A stretch of 64,000 nucleotides of DNA from a virus. The position numbers and the translations under genes are program-made. Shown piece by piece: positions 36,899-46,488 of this stretch (positions within the stretch are counted from its first letter, which is position 1; each line of letters begins with the position of its first letter). Location of the stretch: positions 87,480 through 151,479 of IMG/VR virus record IMGVR_UViG_3300002038_000006, one strand, 5' to 3'. The notes under the pieces are model-generated. The model was not told where the DNA came from and ran no database searches. It saw nothing but the letters and a program-made list of their open reading frames with translations.

Positions 36899-37252
36899 TT
36901 ACATTTTACCGAAAGCTTTAATGAACTTGGAGTTACTATCCACCATGTCCTCTTCTATCTCGATGCCTAGCTCTTCAGCCATGATACGTATACTATCCAT
37001 ATAGCGATAGATGTTACAAGTACGCTTCATGGTTGTTAGTTTAGAGTTTAACGTTTTAGACTTCTTTAAAGCTTCGTTTATCTCTGCGTGCATCGCTAGA
37101 TACTTTCTATCTAGAATTTCAATTAGGGTAGTTGTATCACAACGTATTATTCTACCCTTAGTAAATGCTTTGGCTTCATTGCGCTTCAGGTAGAGGAACG
37201 ACAAGGCTCCCATTGTTACTAAAGCATCATCTGCTACTTTTACACTACTCAT
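36899..37252 (-). CDS. hypothetical protein, paralog of 36473..36898
   Basis: Same shared motifs. Confidence 0.7.
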   Translation of the reverse strand: MSSVKVADDALVTMGALSFLYLKRNEAKAFTKGRIIRCDTTTLIEILDRKYLAMHAEINEALKKSKTLNSKLTTMKRTCNIYRYMDSIRIMAEELGIEIEEDMVDSNSKFIKAFGKM

Positions 37253-37321
37253 TGTTATTCTTCCTTACTTTTAAATACATTTCTATATAATCACTGAGTT
37301 GCGTAATAATTTACTTTTTCT

Positions 37322-37750
37322 ATGATTACAACCAACAGGAGACACAAGGTGAAAGAAGTCACTATTGGCAATATCAAACTCGTCGACCTAGAGCGGATGA
37401 TTGACGGGCTTAAACTATTTAAGTTAGCCGAAGAGCACAGAGATGATGATTTTCCGGAACATCCAGTTCCAAATGGATTCATCGTTAATGGTGCGTCGGT
37501 GCCTAAGTTCTTAAGAGATATTATCTCACCTACGGGTGAACTATTCCGTGCGTCTGTGCCACATGATTATTTCTACGCTACCAAGGTAGTTAGTCGTGCC
37601 ACAGCAGATAGAATTTTCAGAAAGATTGTTTTAGACGATACAGGGAATGCGTTCCTTGCATGGGGAGCTTGGTTAGTCCTACGTTTATTCGGTCGCTCGT
37701 TCTGGAAGAAAGCAGGCACTGTTATCGAACAGGTATACCTAGAAGCATAA
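37322..37750 (+). CDS. DUF1353-like protein (tail-associated)
   Basis: VPNGFIVNGASVP...ASVPHDYFY...R..AD.IF...LRLFG. Confidence 0.8.
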   Translation: MITTNRRHKVKEVTIGNIKLVDLERMIDGLKLFKLAEEHRDDDFPEHPVPNGFIVNGASVPKFLRDIISPTGELFRASVPHDYFYATKVVSRATADRIFRKIVLDDTGNAFLAWGAWLVLRLFGRSFWKKAGTVIEQVYLEA

Positions 37751-37760
37751 GGAGTAGACC

Positions 37761-38306
37761 ATGTCAATAACTACGGCGATTTGTTATTTAGATACTGACG
37801 GAAAGGTCGTCGGGTTAAATTACGAATCTACTCAGTTCAATGTTAAAGAAGGGACGGTTACCGAAATAACTAAACCATACCCTTTTACCAGAGTCTTCCC
37901 TATCGAGTTCTTATTGGTAGATGCAGAGACTGGTGACATTCGTGTATACACTCATGAAGAAGTTGTCTTTATGGCATCTGTCGAAGAGGGTGAGATTGCA
38001 CGTGACGCATACATCGAAGCGGAAATTATCGTTCACGATGGTGTGTGGAAGATGTTGGATAAAGATAGAGCTAATATTCAAGATGGTATAGATGAAGCTG
38101 CTATGGCTAATCTACCTGACGATTTCAAGCAGAACTGGATTATGGCTAACGGAAGTATTTTCGAAGCTACTCCATTAAAGCTTGCTCAGGTACTATCTGC
38201 ATACCGTGCTCGTAAACAAGCAATCTACAACGAATATATTGGATGGTTGCAGTCAGGTGCTAGTGGTGAGTTTACAAGCTCAGTAACTAACACGTATACG
38301 TTCTAA
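37761..38306 (+). CDS. DUF4376-like tail fibre assembly protein
   Basis: DRANI...WIMANGS...L..VL.A..R C-terminal pattern; context. Confidence 0.55.
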   Translation: MSITTAICYLDTDGKVVGLNYESTQFNVKEGTVTEITKPYPFTRVFPIEFLLVDAETGDIRVYTHEEVVFMASVEEGEIARDAYIEAEIIVHDGVWKMLDKDRANIQDGIDEAAMANLPDDFKQNWIMANGSIFEATPLKLAQVLSAYRARKQAIYNEYIGWLQSGASGEFTSSVTNTYTF

Positions 38307-38310
38307 GGGG

Positions 38311-38928
38311 ATGAATTTTATGGGCACTAATGTCGTAAAAGTTCGTAATGGCCTTGAACAAGACAGACCGAATATAACTCCCGGTGTTGGCGAGTGGATT
38401 TATGCTACGGACTCTAAACGTACCTACATGGGTGACGGTGCCACTGTAGGTGGTGTTAGTCTTAGTAAGAAACACTTTGAAGTCGACACTGCGGCAGATA
38501 TAGCTTCCTTACAATTTGTTAGAGATGGAGATACTTGTGATACCACAGATACTAGTGATGTGTTTATGCGCGTCAATGGTACTTGGATAAATATCTATAG
38601 TCCTACTGTACCACCTCTCGTGTGGGCAAATGCTACTCTAAGCAGTGGTTGGGATAACTACGATAATGGGATGTCTAAGGTACGTTACGCTAAGCAAGGT
38701 AATGTAGTACTACTTGAAGGTGGTAGTAAGCGAGATGATAAACGGAGTACTGATACGGTACTTACTTTACCTGTAGGGTTTAGACCACAGTATGCTATTA
38801 CCATTCCAGTATGGGGTGAGAAAGGCGTAATGCGTTTAGACATACAACCCAATGGTGAAGTCATCTTGCAAAAGAACGGCACTATCAAGTGGGTATCTTT
38901 CAACATTCAATTTCCAATAGGGGGCTAG
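38311..38928 (+). CDS. short tail-fibre / receptor-binding protein (Mtd_N-like + fibre-tip domain)
   Basis: GEWIYATD....MGDG.T.GG; W...TL..GW...RY.KQGNVV.LEG...TLP.GFRP. Confidence 0.65.
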   Translation: MNFMGTNVVKVRNGLEQDRPNITPGVGEWIYATDSKRTYMGDGATVGGVSLSKKHFEVDTAADIASLQFVRDGDTCDTTDTSDVFMRVNGTWINIYSPTVPPLVWANATLSSGWDNYDNGMSKVRYAKQGNVVLLEGGSKRDDKRSTDTVLTLPVGFRPQYAITIPVWGEKGVMRLDIQPNGEVILQKNGTIKWVSFNIQFPIGG

Positions 38929-38931
38929 GAC

Positions 38932-39588
38932 ATGACTGTAACAAATAGAACCATGCGTTTCGGTAGAGCCATGTCTTTGAATATTGGTACTGAACCTACA
39001 GTAGTTGTTCCTGAAGGGGTAATAGCTATCGATTCAACTGAGAAGATTATTGTTCTTGGTGATGGTAAGACTGTAGGTGGTATTGATATACCCGGTAAGG
39101 TTTGGGAATTCGGAACGATAGAAGAAGCCAACACTGCTCGCTTAACTGTTGGAGACTACGTGTTAGTTGACAACGATAAATTCTGGGCAGTTGGTGATAT
39201 CGAAATAGTTGAAGTAGAACTTATCACCGAAGTTGAATATGAGGAAGAGGCATCTGCTTCACTACCAGCGAAAGACTGGGAAAACCTCTCTCTGTTTAAC
39301 GGATGGGATATGAGTGACGATTCTGTCGGTAATGCTAAGGTACGTAAAGATGGTAACTTTGTAACCATTGATGCGGTTATGGAAAAGAAGAACTGGGCTG
39401 ACTGGTCTCCTTTCCGTTTACCTGAGTGGGCAAGGCCTTCAAAAGTCGTTTACACTACAGTAGAACTAAATCAAGGTAGGGGCACAGACCCTCTGGTAAT
39501 TTATCCAGATGGTTATCTCTATCCTCGTAAGTCTTACAGTAGAACGCTAAGTCGTTTCTCAATACAGATTACTTTCTATCTTTATTAG
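38932..39588 (+). CDS. short tail-fibre / receptor-binding protein, paralog of 38311
   Basis: Same two domains (LGDGKTVGG; WENLSLFNGW...RKDGNFV...LPEWARP). Confidence 0.65.
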   Translation: MTVTNRTMRFGRAMSLNIGTEPTVVVPEGVIAIDSTEKIIVLGDGKTVGGIDIPGKVWEFGTIEEANTARLTVGDYVLVDNDKFWAVGDIEIVEVELITEVEYEEEASASLPAKDWENLSLFNGWDMSDDSVGNAKVRKDGNFVTIDAVMEKKNWADWSPFRLPEWARPSKVVYTTVELNQGRGTDPLVIYPDGYLYPRKSYSRTLSRFSIQITFYLY

Positions 39589-39594
39589 AAGGCA

Positions 39595-39631
39595 ACATAA
39601 CGAGGAGAGCGTAATGCTCTCCTCTATGCCG
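39595..39631. terminator. bidirectional hairpin terminator with TATG tails
   Basis: gaggagagc-gtaat-gctctcctc, flanked by cataa and tatgccg. Confidence 0.75.
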
Positions 39632-39640
39632 TATAGGCTT

Positions 39641-40522
39641 TTATGCATCAATGATGTCAGATACTTTAAAGTTCCAACGTTCACGAATGATGTGCTCTTC
39701 CAAGCTACCCTGTGCTCTATCCGATAACCAGATATTAAATACTACAGGTTTACCAGTGCCATCGCAGTCGTCAACTTTGTGACTGTCTAAGCTAGTGAAC
39801 TTACTCGCATTTAACATTGGAGCATGTGTATCAGAAGGATAGTTACCGTAGATGATTGTTTCGTAAATAACATCAGCCATTGGGAACCATTGTTGATAAG
39901 CATAGCCACCACCTACTACAATCAAGTCCGTGTCCGCTTGGTCAGCAAGTAGAGTAGGAATATCAGGATAGTAGAAATCACCATTACGACTACACGCAGT
40001 CTTCTCACTAACAGTAGTGGTAAGGACAGCGAAGTTACGGTCTGGTAAATCTGGTAGATGTTCGTAGGTGTTACGTCCAACTACTAACAACGCATCTGGG
40101 TTGTGTTTAGTTACACCTTTAAACCATTTAAGGTCTGTAGGGTAATCACGTCCCCAAGGTAAGTCGTCTTTATGACCAATGCCATGGTTGTAGGTACGGG
40201 CCCAGATTAAAGCTATTACACCACTGTGTCCGAAGTGGTCACGTAAAGCAGAACGGTCTACATCAAGGTTCGCATTTTCGTAAGCTATGCCACCCATGGT
40301 AGCAGGTAAGTACGCTTCATGTTCGCAATGAGTACACTTATAAGGAAAGTGTGATTCGTTAACAGACTCACCCATAAGTATCTTTGCTTTATCATTACGA
40401 CGATAGCTACCGTCTTCACAGTTATTACATTTAATAACTTGCATATACGAATTCATTGGAACGCGAATCGTATCTAGTTGGTCTTCTTTAAGAATGACCG
40501 GTTCTTGTTGTTCTTCAGTCAC
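39641..40522 (-). CDS. folA: dihydrofolate reductase with N-terminal Zn-ribbon extension
   Basis: GIG...LPW...DLKWFK, VGRNTYE.LP.LPDR, VVGGG; N-terminal CNNC...CTHC. Confidence 0.88.
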   Translation of the reverse strand: MTEEQQEPVILKEDQLDTIRVPMNSYMQVIKCNNCEDGSYRRNDKAKILMGESVNESHFPYKCTHCEHEAYLPATMGGIAYENANLDVDRSALRDHFGHSGVIALIWARTYNHGIGHKDDLPWGRDYPTDLKWFKGVTKHNPDALLVVGRNTYEHLPDLPDRNFAVLTTTVSEKTACSRNGDFYYPDIPTLLADQADTDLIVVGGGYAYQQWFPMADVIYETIIYGNYPSDTHAPMLNASKFTSLDSHKVDDCDGTGKPVVFNIWLSDRAQGSLEEHIIRERWNFKVSDIIDA

Positions 40523-40523
40523 T

Positions 40524-40730
40524 TTAGCGACTCCTGATTGTTTTGTTTAGAATTGACCATCCCACATACAGTGAAAAGCCATACCCGAGCATTGAAGTTA
40601 TACCGCCCATGGTAGCTAACATGTCACCTAATGTACTCAACTTGGTTAGTATCTCCACGAACACTAGAGATATTAAAGAGAAGTAGGTAAAGGTGACAAC
40701 AGAAACTATGAAATATTTCTTAGAGTCCAT
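40524..40730 (-). CDS. small membrane protein
   Basis: Two TM helices. Confidence 0.55.
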   Translation of the reverse strand: MDSKKYFIVSVVTFTYFSLISLVFVEILTKLSTLGDMLATMGGITSMLGYGFSLYVGWSILNKTIRSR

Positions 40731-40739
40731 GTAGTAGCC

Positions 40740-41663
40740 TTATACGCTAAATGCGTACTTAATTGCTTCTTGTGGGCTATAGTTCTCTACCTTAAAGTCT
40801 TTAGGAGTTAACCACGTCTCAACATCTTTCAATGTCTTAAGGTTATCTGGCAAAATCAAGGTAGGTGTTTCGTCACCCGGCGTACGCTCCATGTGTTCTT
40901 TGAAGTTATCCAATTGGTCTTCATAAACATGGGCGTTAACAATCTTGTGGAAAACCTTACCCGGCTTGTTACCCGTTATACGAGCCATTACAGCAAGCAA
41001 TGCGTAACATTGAACCATGTTATAATTTAGTCCCAAAGGAACGTCACAAGAGCGCTGTGTTGCGTTTAGATGTAATGTACCATTCAATAAAGAGAACTGA
41101 TAGCCGTATAGGCATGGTTTCAAACAACCAAGGTGATTCTCACCCGGATTCCACATCATTAATATTTCAGCACGGTCATCTTTACCAGCTCTAAGGTTAT
41201 CGTACACCTTACGCAGTTGGTCAATCGTACGTACAGGATTAAATTCGTCTTTAGGAATGAACCTATCAGGGACAATCCAATTACGTAACTGTTGTCCATA
41301 AGGACGACCCATAAACGTTGGTGGTGGAAGACTATGTTCGTTGCCCGGAATTAAATTCCATACCAAGTTACGGAATTTACTGTGTAACCACGTAACGGAT
41401 TTGGCATTAGCTATCCAAGTACCAGTACCAAGTAGTTTAAACTTACCAGCATCATCGTACCCGCGTAGGTAACCAAGAACTTCCGCAATAGCTCCTTCCC
41501 AGTTACTCTCACGAGTATCGTCGATTGCCAACTCACCTTTACCAACATCATATTCCATGTCGTGGTTGATTAACACTAGACAATCTTTGCCAGTACGTTC
41601 ATTAAAAGATAATTCCCCTTCGTCTAGGATTCTACGTCCTAGTTCAATATACTGTTTACTCAT
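40740..41663 (-). CDS. thyA: thymidylate synthase
   Basis: RTG, YGQQ.R, WNPG...L.PC, QRSCDVPLGL.YN, NAHVY. Confidence 0.96.
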   Translation of the reverse strand: MSKQYIELGRRILDEGELSFNERTGKDCLVLINHDMEYDVGKGELAIDDTRESNWEGAIAEVLGYLRGYDDAGKFKLLGTGTWIANAKSVTWLHSKFRNLVWNLIPGNEHSLPPPTFMGRPYGQQLRNWIVPDRFIPKDEFNPVRTIDQLRKVYDNLRAGKDDRAEILMMWNPGENHLGCLKPCLYGYQFSLLNGTLHLNATQRSCDVPLGLNYNMVQCYALLAVMARITGNKPGKVFHKIVNAHVYEDQLDNFKEHMERTPGDETPTLILPDNLKTLKDVETWLTPKDFKVENYSPQEAIKYAFSV

Positions 41664-41979
41664 CGTACTTTTCGTGTTCCTCTGCTAAATTGCTAAGTAG
41701 TTTTAAAAGCATCCACGGCACTATACCAGTAACCACTACTAAAGCAGCTACTCCAAGTCCCATTAACATAGAGGCATCATAACCTAGGTTGGCTATGTTT
41801 TCCATGTAGAATGTAATTGTTTGAAAATTGACGTACCCGAATATTAGGACTGCTACCAATAATAGAAAAAAGGTTTTACCCGCTTTAATCTTTATGGTCA
41901 AAGCACGCTCTGCCTTTTCTTCTTTACTGAATGATGACCATGCGGTCATCATTGTGGTTATCGGAGATGTACTCTTCAT
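41656..41979 (-). CDS. membrane protein
   Basis: Two TM helices. Confidence 0.55.
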   Translation of the reverse strand: MKSTSPITTMMTAWSSFSKEEKAERALTIKIKAGKTFFLLLVAVLIFGYVNFQTITFYMENIANLGYDASMLMGLGVAALVVVTGIVPWMLLKLLSNLAEEHEKYDE

Positions 41980-42230
41980 ACCTTACTATCCCTAATAATT
42001 TTAAATATTACCACTGTGAAGTATATGGCTGCGCCGTATAACGCTATGCACAGTAGTGTGATGAACCAAGCGATGGGGTCCAATCCTAATACAAACAGGT
42101 CTTTAGTTATTTGGATAGTCTCTGGGGCAATGTTCCCTAGTAGTATCCAATAACCTGCGAGTAATAAAGATATCACAAATGTTTTAAGTTGTGCCTTAAT
42201 CGCTTCTAGAACAACAGACTGTTCCAACAT
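41976..42230 (-). CDS. membrane protein
   Basis: Two TM helices. Confidence 0.55.
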   Translation of the reverse strand: MLEQSVVLEAIKAQLKTFVISLLLAGYWILLGNIAPETIQITKDLFVLGLDPIAWFITLLCIALYGAAIYFTVVIFKIIRDSKV

Positions 42231-42744
42231 AATGCACCTACTGCTATTAAACCTAATGCCAATATAGCACGAACACGCAAGTTGCCTACACCAACAGTTA
42301 GGTGGTCGTTGTGTCTGCGGTTAGTATCGAGCACATCACTTGGGTGAGTTTCACCATTTCTATCTTCAGAACTGTGTCCACAAGTAGGCCAGTGTAGTTT
42401 AGGTAGATTCTTTGCAGTGGCTATGTTAACGCAAGTGTTACGTTCCATGTCCATACAAGTTACTGGAGTTGACCCAGCACTAGCTGATATCTCTATATCA
42501 TCACGATGCCATAATTCTTCGGCTGTGTTATCTTCACACATCTTTATCCCCATGTAGGTCATCTAGATACTTACTGAAATCTGCCCCCGTATATCCCTTG
42601 GCTGATAAGTAGTCTAGAATACGTACTTTATGTTCGACTTCATTAACAACGATATAGTCAGTTGGTAATTCGTCTCTATCTTCGTAATCCAACCCAGCAT
42701 GAATTTTACTGGTGTTTGTACCTAGGTAAATTACACAAGTCACA

Positions 42745-42918
42745 TCACGGTCTATGTTTAGGGTTGGGCATGTTCTCAGCCACTATCGTTACGGCAGTTA
42801 CTTCTGCACCTGCATTCGCCATAGCTATTAACATACAGGTTGAGTCAAGACCTCCTGACCAAGGTACTGCTACTTTCTTACCTTTGTACTTACCGAATAA
42901 CTTATTCAACTTAAGCAT
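42745..42918 (-). pseudogene. truncated QueC-like PP-loop ATP pyrophosphatase (57 aa, absent from ORF track)
   Basis: MLKLNKLFGKYKGKKVAVPWSGGLDSTCMLIAMANAGAEVTAVTI...*; SGGLDS motif. Confidence 0.7.
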
Positions 42919-42919
42919 A

Positions 42920-43231
42920 CTACATTCTCTTATCTAGTTCACTGGCCAATTCAAGTAACTTAGGCATGTCGGTTTTAGCAAATAACAATCTATCTTTGCG
43001 ATACTCAAGAATTTCTTCAAAGGCCTTAAGCATTATCTCACGGTCTCTATCTTCAGTAACCGCATTGGTAGATGGAACAATCAAATGTTCAGAGGTATTT
43101 GAAAAACCCGTAAATATTGGATGGTCTGGATTATCTTCTTTAAGGACTGCTACCAACTCTTCGGTATGTTTAACGTCAGCTTCTAATTGTTCTATACGTT
43201 GTTGTACTGCTTTCACTGCTAAATTACTCAT
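42920..43231 (-). CDS. hypothetical coiled-coil protein
   Basis: ORF in operon. Confidence 0.55.
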   Translation of the reverse strand: MSNLAVKAVQQRIEQLEADVKHTEELVAVLKEDNPDHPIFTGFSNTSEHLIVPSTNAVTEDRDREIMLKAFEEILEYRKDRLLFAKTDMPKLLELASELDKRM

Positions 43232-43233
43232 GG

Positions 43234-43716
43234 TTATCCCCTAAATTGTTTACACGGTGTTCCTTTATCATTTAAGAACTTCTTACCGTCATGTTTGGTA
43301 TAGTCATTGTTATCGGGTAGACTATCGTGATTACACATAAACTCTTCTAAGTACCATACTTCACTAATACCTAAAAGATACAAACTCTTAGCACATTCAA
43401 TACAAGGTGAGTGTGTTAAGAAAACTATGCCGCCTGTAGCAACAATACCTGTACGAGATAACTTATCCAGAGAATTACGTTCTGCATGAACTACTTCTGG
43501 TCTGGTTTTTCCTGCTAGAGTAGGATGGTCATCATCATATTCGCACTTGTTAGGTGAACCGGGAGGCATACCATTCCAACCTACAGATATTAACCCGTTA
43601 GTCGTTACCAGTACACTACCCACAGTTCTTTTCTTAGCTACAGATTCTTGTCTACACCTTACAGCCATATCCATATACAGTTTAAAGTACTTGGGCTTTA
43701 GTGGGTCAATCATCAT
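43234..43716 (-). CDS. dCMP deaminase
   Basis: GWNG.P, HAE.N, THSPC.EC.K; start at ATG 43716 behind AAUAAAAGGA. Confidence 0.92.
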   Translation of the reverse strand: MMIDPLKPKYFKLYMDMAVRCRQESVAKKRTVGSVLVTTNGLISVGWNGMPPGSPNKCEYDDDHPTLAGKTRPEVVHAERNSLDKLSRTGIVATGGIVFLTHSPCIECAKSLYLLGISEVWYLEEFMCNHDSLPDNNDYTKHDGKKFLNDKGTPCKQFRG

Positions 43717-43799
43717 AATCCTTTTATTAATATCGATGGTTCTATAATAATACATGCTGATGTATTTTTTTAACCAAAAAAAAAATAGACGGCATAAGT

Positions 43800-43913
43800 A
43801 AAAAAAGGGGGACCAGAGGCGGTCCCCCAAAGGGTGAGAGTCGCGAACTCTCCTGTGGACGCTAGTTTGACCGGTTGAATAAAAGAAAAGAGGTACGAAC
43901 AACGTCCTCTCTA
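43800..43913 (-). ncRNA. candidate sRNA B (~115 nt) with anti-leader tract
   Basis: 5' AGAGG/CCUCU hairpin, then UUUUCUUUUAUUCA, a GAGAG/CUCUC hairpin, and a GGGGAC/GUCCCC terminator with U-tract. Confidence 0.55.
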
Positions 43914-43956
43914 AAAGGGAGTATACTAGGGGGAAACCTATTACTCCGCAAGTGTG

Positions 43957-44688
43957 TTAGGTATCGAAACCCATTTCTTTAAACAATGACGCACATTCGA
44001 AATAGTAACTATCGCTGGTAGAGTAAACAATTAACTCACCATATTTAGATTCTTCGAAGTTGATAGCTGTCGATATACCGAAGTATTGTGAACAACCACG
44101 ATTTCTAAATTCATGATTCTCCAATACGCCGTAGGTATGTTCAGCCATCAGTGCTCTATCTTTACGGTCTAGTGGAAACTCAGGAGCAACACCATGTGTA
44201 AGGATAAAGCTAATGTCATTATCTAACAGGACTTCAGTTAGTTCTTTCCATAGTACGCTTTCGGTAATGTTATCTTTACCAAATAAACGTTCTATACCCG
44301 GTAAGTCGATGAGTACTAAACTAACATCGTAGTTGGATACATTGAGATTATGTTTCAATAGGTCAATGAAGCAATCTACTGAACCAAATGAATTCATAGT
44401 AGCGCTAACTAATTCGAACCCAACTGGACATAACTCTGGAGACAGTTTCTCCATCAATGCAGTGAACGGTGATTCGGAATCGAATACCATTACTGACTTA
44501 CCTTGTTTTAATTCTTTGTTCTGCTTACCCATGTTAACAGCAAGTTCTCTAACTATCTTTGCTGAGAATAATGAACGTCCACCTTGGATAGGCGAGTACA
44601 CTACAATGCCTGTTGCTTTATCTTCTTCGTTAATAGTAGAAAATATTGGAGCTAACGGCATGTCTTTAATTAAACCTTTCAACATCAA
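43957..44688 (-). CDS. degenerate RecA/DnaB-like P-loop protein
   Basis: IVVYSPIQGGRSL (Walker A lacking Lys), VMVFDSE, VLID. Confidence 0.4.
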   Translation of the reverse strand: MMLKGLIKDMPLAPIFSTINEEDKATGIVVYSPIQGGRSLFSAKIVRELAVNMGKQNKELKQGKSVMVFDSESPFTALMEKLSPELCPVGFELVSATMNSFGSVDCFIDLLKHNLNVSNYDVSLVLIDLPGIERLFGKDNITESVLWKELTEVLLDNDISFILTHGVAPEFPLDRKDRALMAEHTYGVLENHEFRNRGCSQYFGISTAINFEESKYGELIVYSTSDSYYFECASLFKEMGFDT

Positions 44689-44810
44689 GTGATTCCTTAT
44701 ATATCATTTTTAGTTGTTGACTACACTCACTCAAAAGATTACCTGAGGGTGTAATTTTGCGCCCAAACGACATAGGGGGAGGACGAACCTCCCCTTATAT
44801 TTTAGGCTAG

Positions 44811-46418
44811 TTAGATTTGTTCTACGAACAATTGGTAACGAGTTCTAGTATCGCCATTGTCCACAATCAAGATTGGGAAAGCATCTACATTTTCAGCCAT
44901 GCCAGTATAGAACATGTTCTGTTCTGTAACTTCAATCATGGTTTCACGGTTAACCGCTTCGATTACTTTACGATGAGGGAATAGAACACCTTTAGCTATT
45001 TCAGGGAACATACAGTTATTAATTGTCTTTTCACCGTATTGCTCAAGGCGCTTAGAGAACTCATCAGAGTGGAACGTTAAACCAGACATACCTTTCCAAG
45101 ATGACCCATACCATTCACATGGTAGTTTGTGTAAAGAGTTTATCTCTAGTTCAGTCTGTCCCGACATTAACTGCGTAGCTGGAGTTAGTTTAGGATTCAT
45201 TCCCCAAGAATACTGGTTAGGTGTTTCTGGAGTATCCCACTTAAGTGGTGATGGTGCATCCTGATTAGCAGAGCCAAATACGCAACCTATATTAACGCCA
45301 CGGCTAGGTGTGTTAAGTGCCATGAACAAACGCTTGGCTTGAGGTAGTACTTTATTCATGAACGTATCAACAGTAACCTGCTTAATGTCCGTGAGTTCAG
45401 TAATAGATGGTTCTTTATCCGTACCACGTGCCTTGGAGAAGATATCACCTTCATCTTTCTCTTCAGTAGGAGTCGTAGTCCAGATTGCTAAGTCTGCAAC
45501 TTCTTCCAACTTAACTACGCGACGAGCAATAGAATCTTTATAGCCCAGCTTTTCGATTTCAGCAACAGATTTATTGAATTCCAATTCAGAGATGTCAGCC
45601 ATGGAAGTGGTAGGTCTCTGGTAGGTAGTAGCACCTGCATACGTTTCAATAATCTTGAATGCTTTCTCGATATCACCAGTTTCCACGAACTTGTCAAGTG
45701 TCTCACCAACCACAGTACCCTTAACGCCAGCACGACCATCTAAACCAAATTCAGAAGCACACTGATAGATTAAAGTATTACGCTCATTACCTTTGGCTGC
45801 TGTTATTGCTTTTAGATTGTCAATATGTCCCATGAGAGACTTAGCAAAGTTTACCTTACGGTTACTATTTGCATTAGCTAGATGTTTTTGTAACTCTTCC
45901 ATAACTGGAATACGGTTACCCCAATCGCGAATCATTGTGCCAATACGTGCCACGTTAACATCGACAGCTTTCTTCATCTGGATTGTGTTACGTAATGAAC
46001 CTTCTGAATTGTTAACATGTAGATGGTTAAAACCACCTTTAGTTGCAAACCCTAGTGTTGCAGGATTTGATTCAGGAGATACGTAAGACGACACTACCTT
46101 ACCTGTAGCGATTAGGTCATTCATCTTTCTAATGATAGTTTCAACATGCTCGGGTAGGTCAGTTGATACTATGTTCCAAAGCACTGGAATTATCTTACCA
46201 GTATCTTGGTCAATGATTGCTATACGACCATAACGGTTAAGGAACGTGTCACAACATGAACAGTTCCAAGGTTTTAGCCCTGCTTCCACCATTAACTTAG
46301 CGAAGAATACTGAAGGCTTGTACTTACCAACCACATTAAACAATGGTGTAGAACCACATGCAGCTAGTGAGTTTTTAATGTTTGCTTGTAGAAATTCTAC
46401 TAATTTACCGTCTTCCAT
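44811..46418 (-). CDS. phage protein of unknown function (CxxC...H.H)
   Basis: WNCSCCDTFLNRYG, GGFNHLH, YQRPT; strong leader. Confidence 0.7.
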   Translation of the reverse strand: MEDGKLVEFLQANIKNSLAACGSTPLFNVVGKYKPSVFFAKLMVEAGLKPWNCSCCDTFLNRYGRIAIIDQDTGKIIPVLWNIVSTDLPEHVETIIRKMNDLIATGKVVSSYVSPESNPATLGFATKGGFNHLHVNNSEGSLRNTIQMKKAVDVNVARIGTMIRDWGNRIPVMEELQKHLANANSNRKVNFAKSLMGHIDNLKAITAAKGNERNTLIYQCASEFGLDGRAGVKGTVVGETLDKFVETGDIEKAFKIIETYAGATTYQRPTTSMADISELEFNKSVAEIEKLGYKDSIARRVVKLEEVADLAIWTTTPTEEKDEGDIFSKARGTDKEPSITELTDIKQVTVDTFMNKVLPQAKRLFMALNTPSRGVNIGCVFGSANQDAPSPLKWDTPETPNQYSWGMNPKLTPATQLMSGQTELEINSLHKLPCEWYGSSWKGMSGLTFHSDEFSKRLEQYGEKTINNCMFPEIAKGVLFPHRKVIEAVNRETMIEVTEQNMFYTGMAENVDAFPILIVDNGDTRTRYQLFVEQI

Positions 46419-46488
46419 CGTACTTTCCTTTTATTTAAAGATTTATGTTTTAGGTTACTACTATATTAAAAATGAAGCGGGTAAAAAA

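Noticed and set aside
17614-39588. Diversity-generating retroelement suggested by Mtd_N-like domains
   Set aside because: No reverse transcriptase and no TR/VR pair seen in the window.
43717-43902. N-terminal extensions in the ORF track (dCMP deaminase; also kdsB 36069-36161 and DNA polymerase 10193-10258)
   Set aside because: They run through promoters or terminators, and better-supported starts lie downstream.
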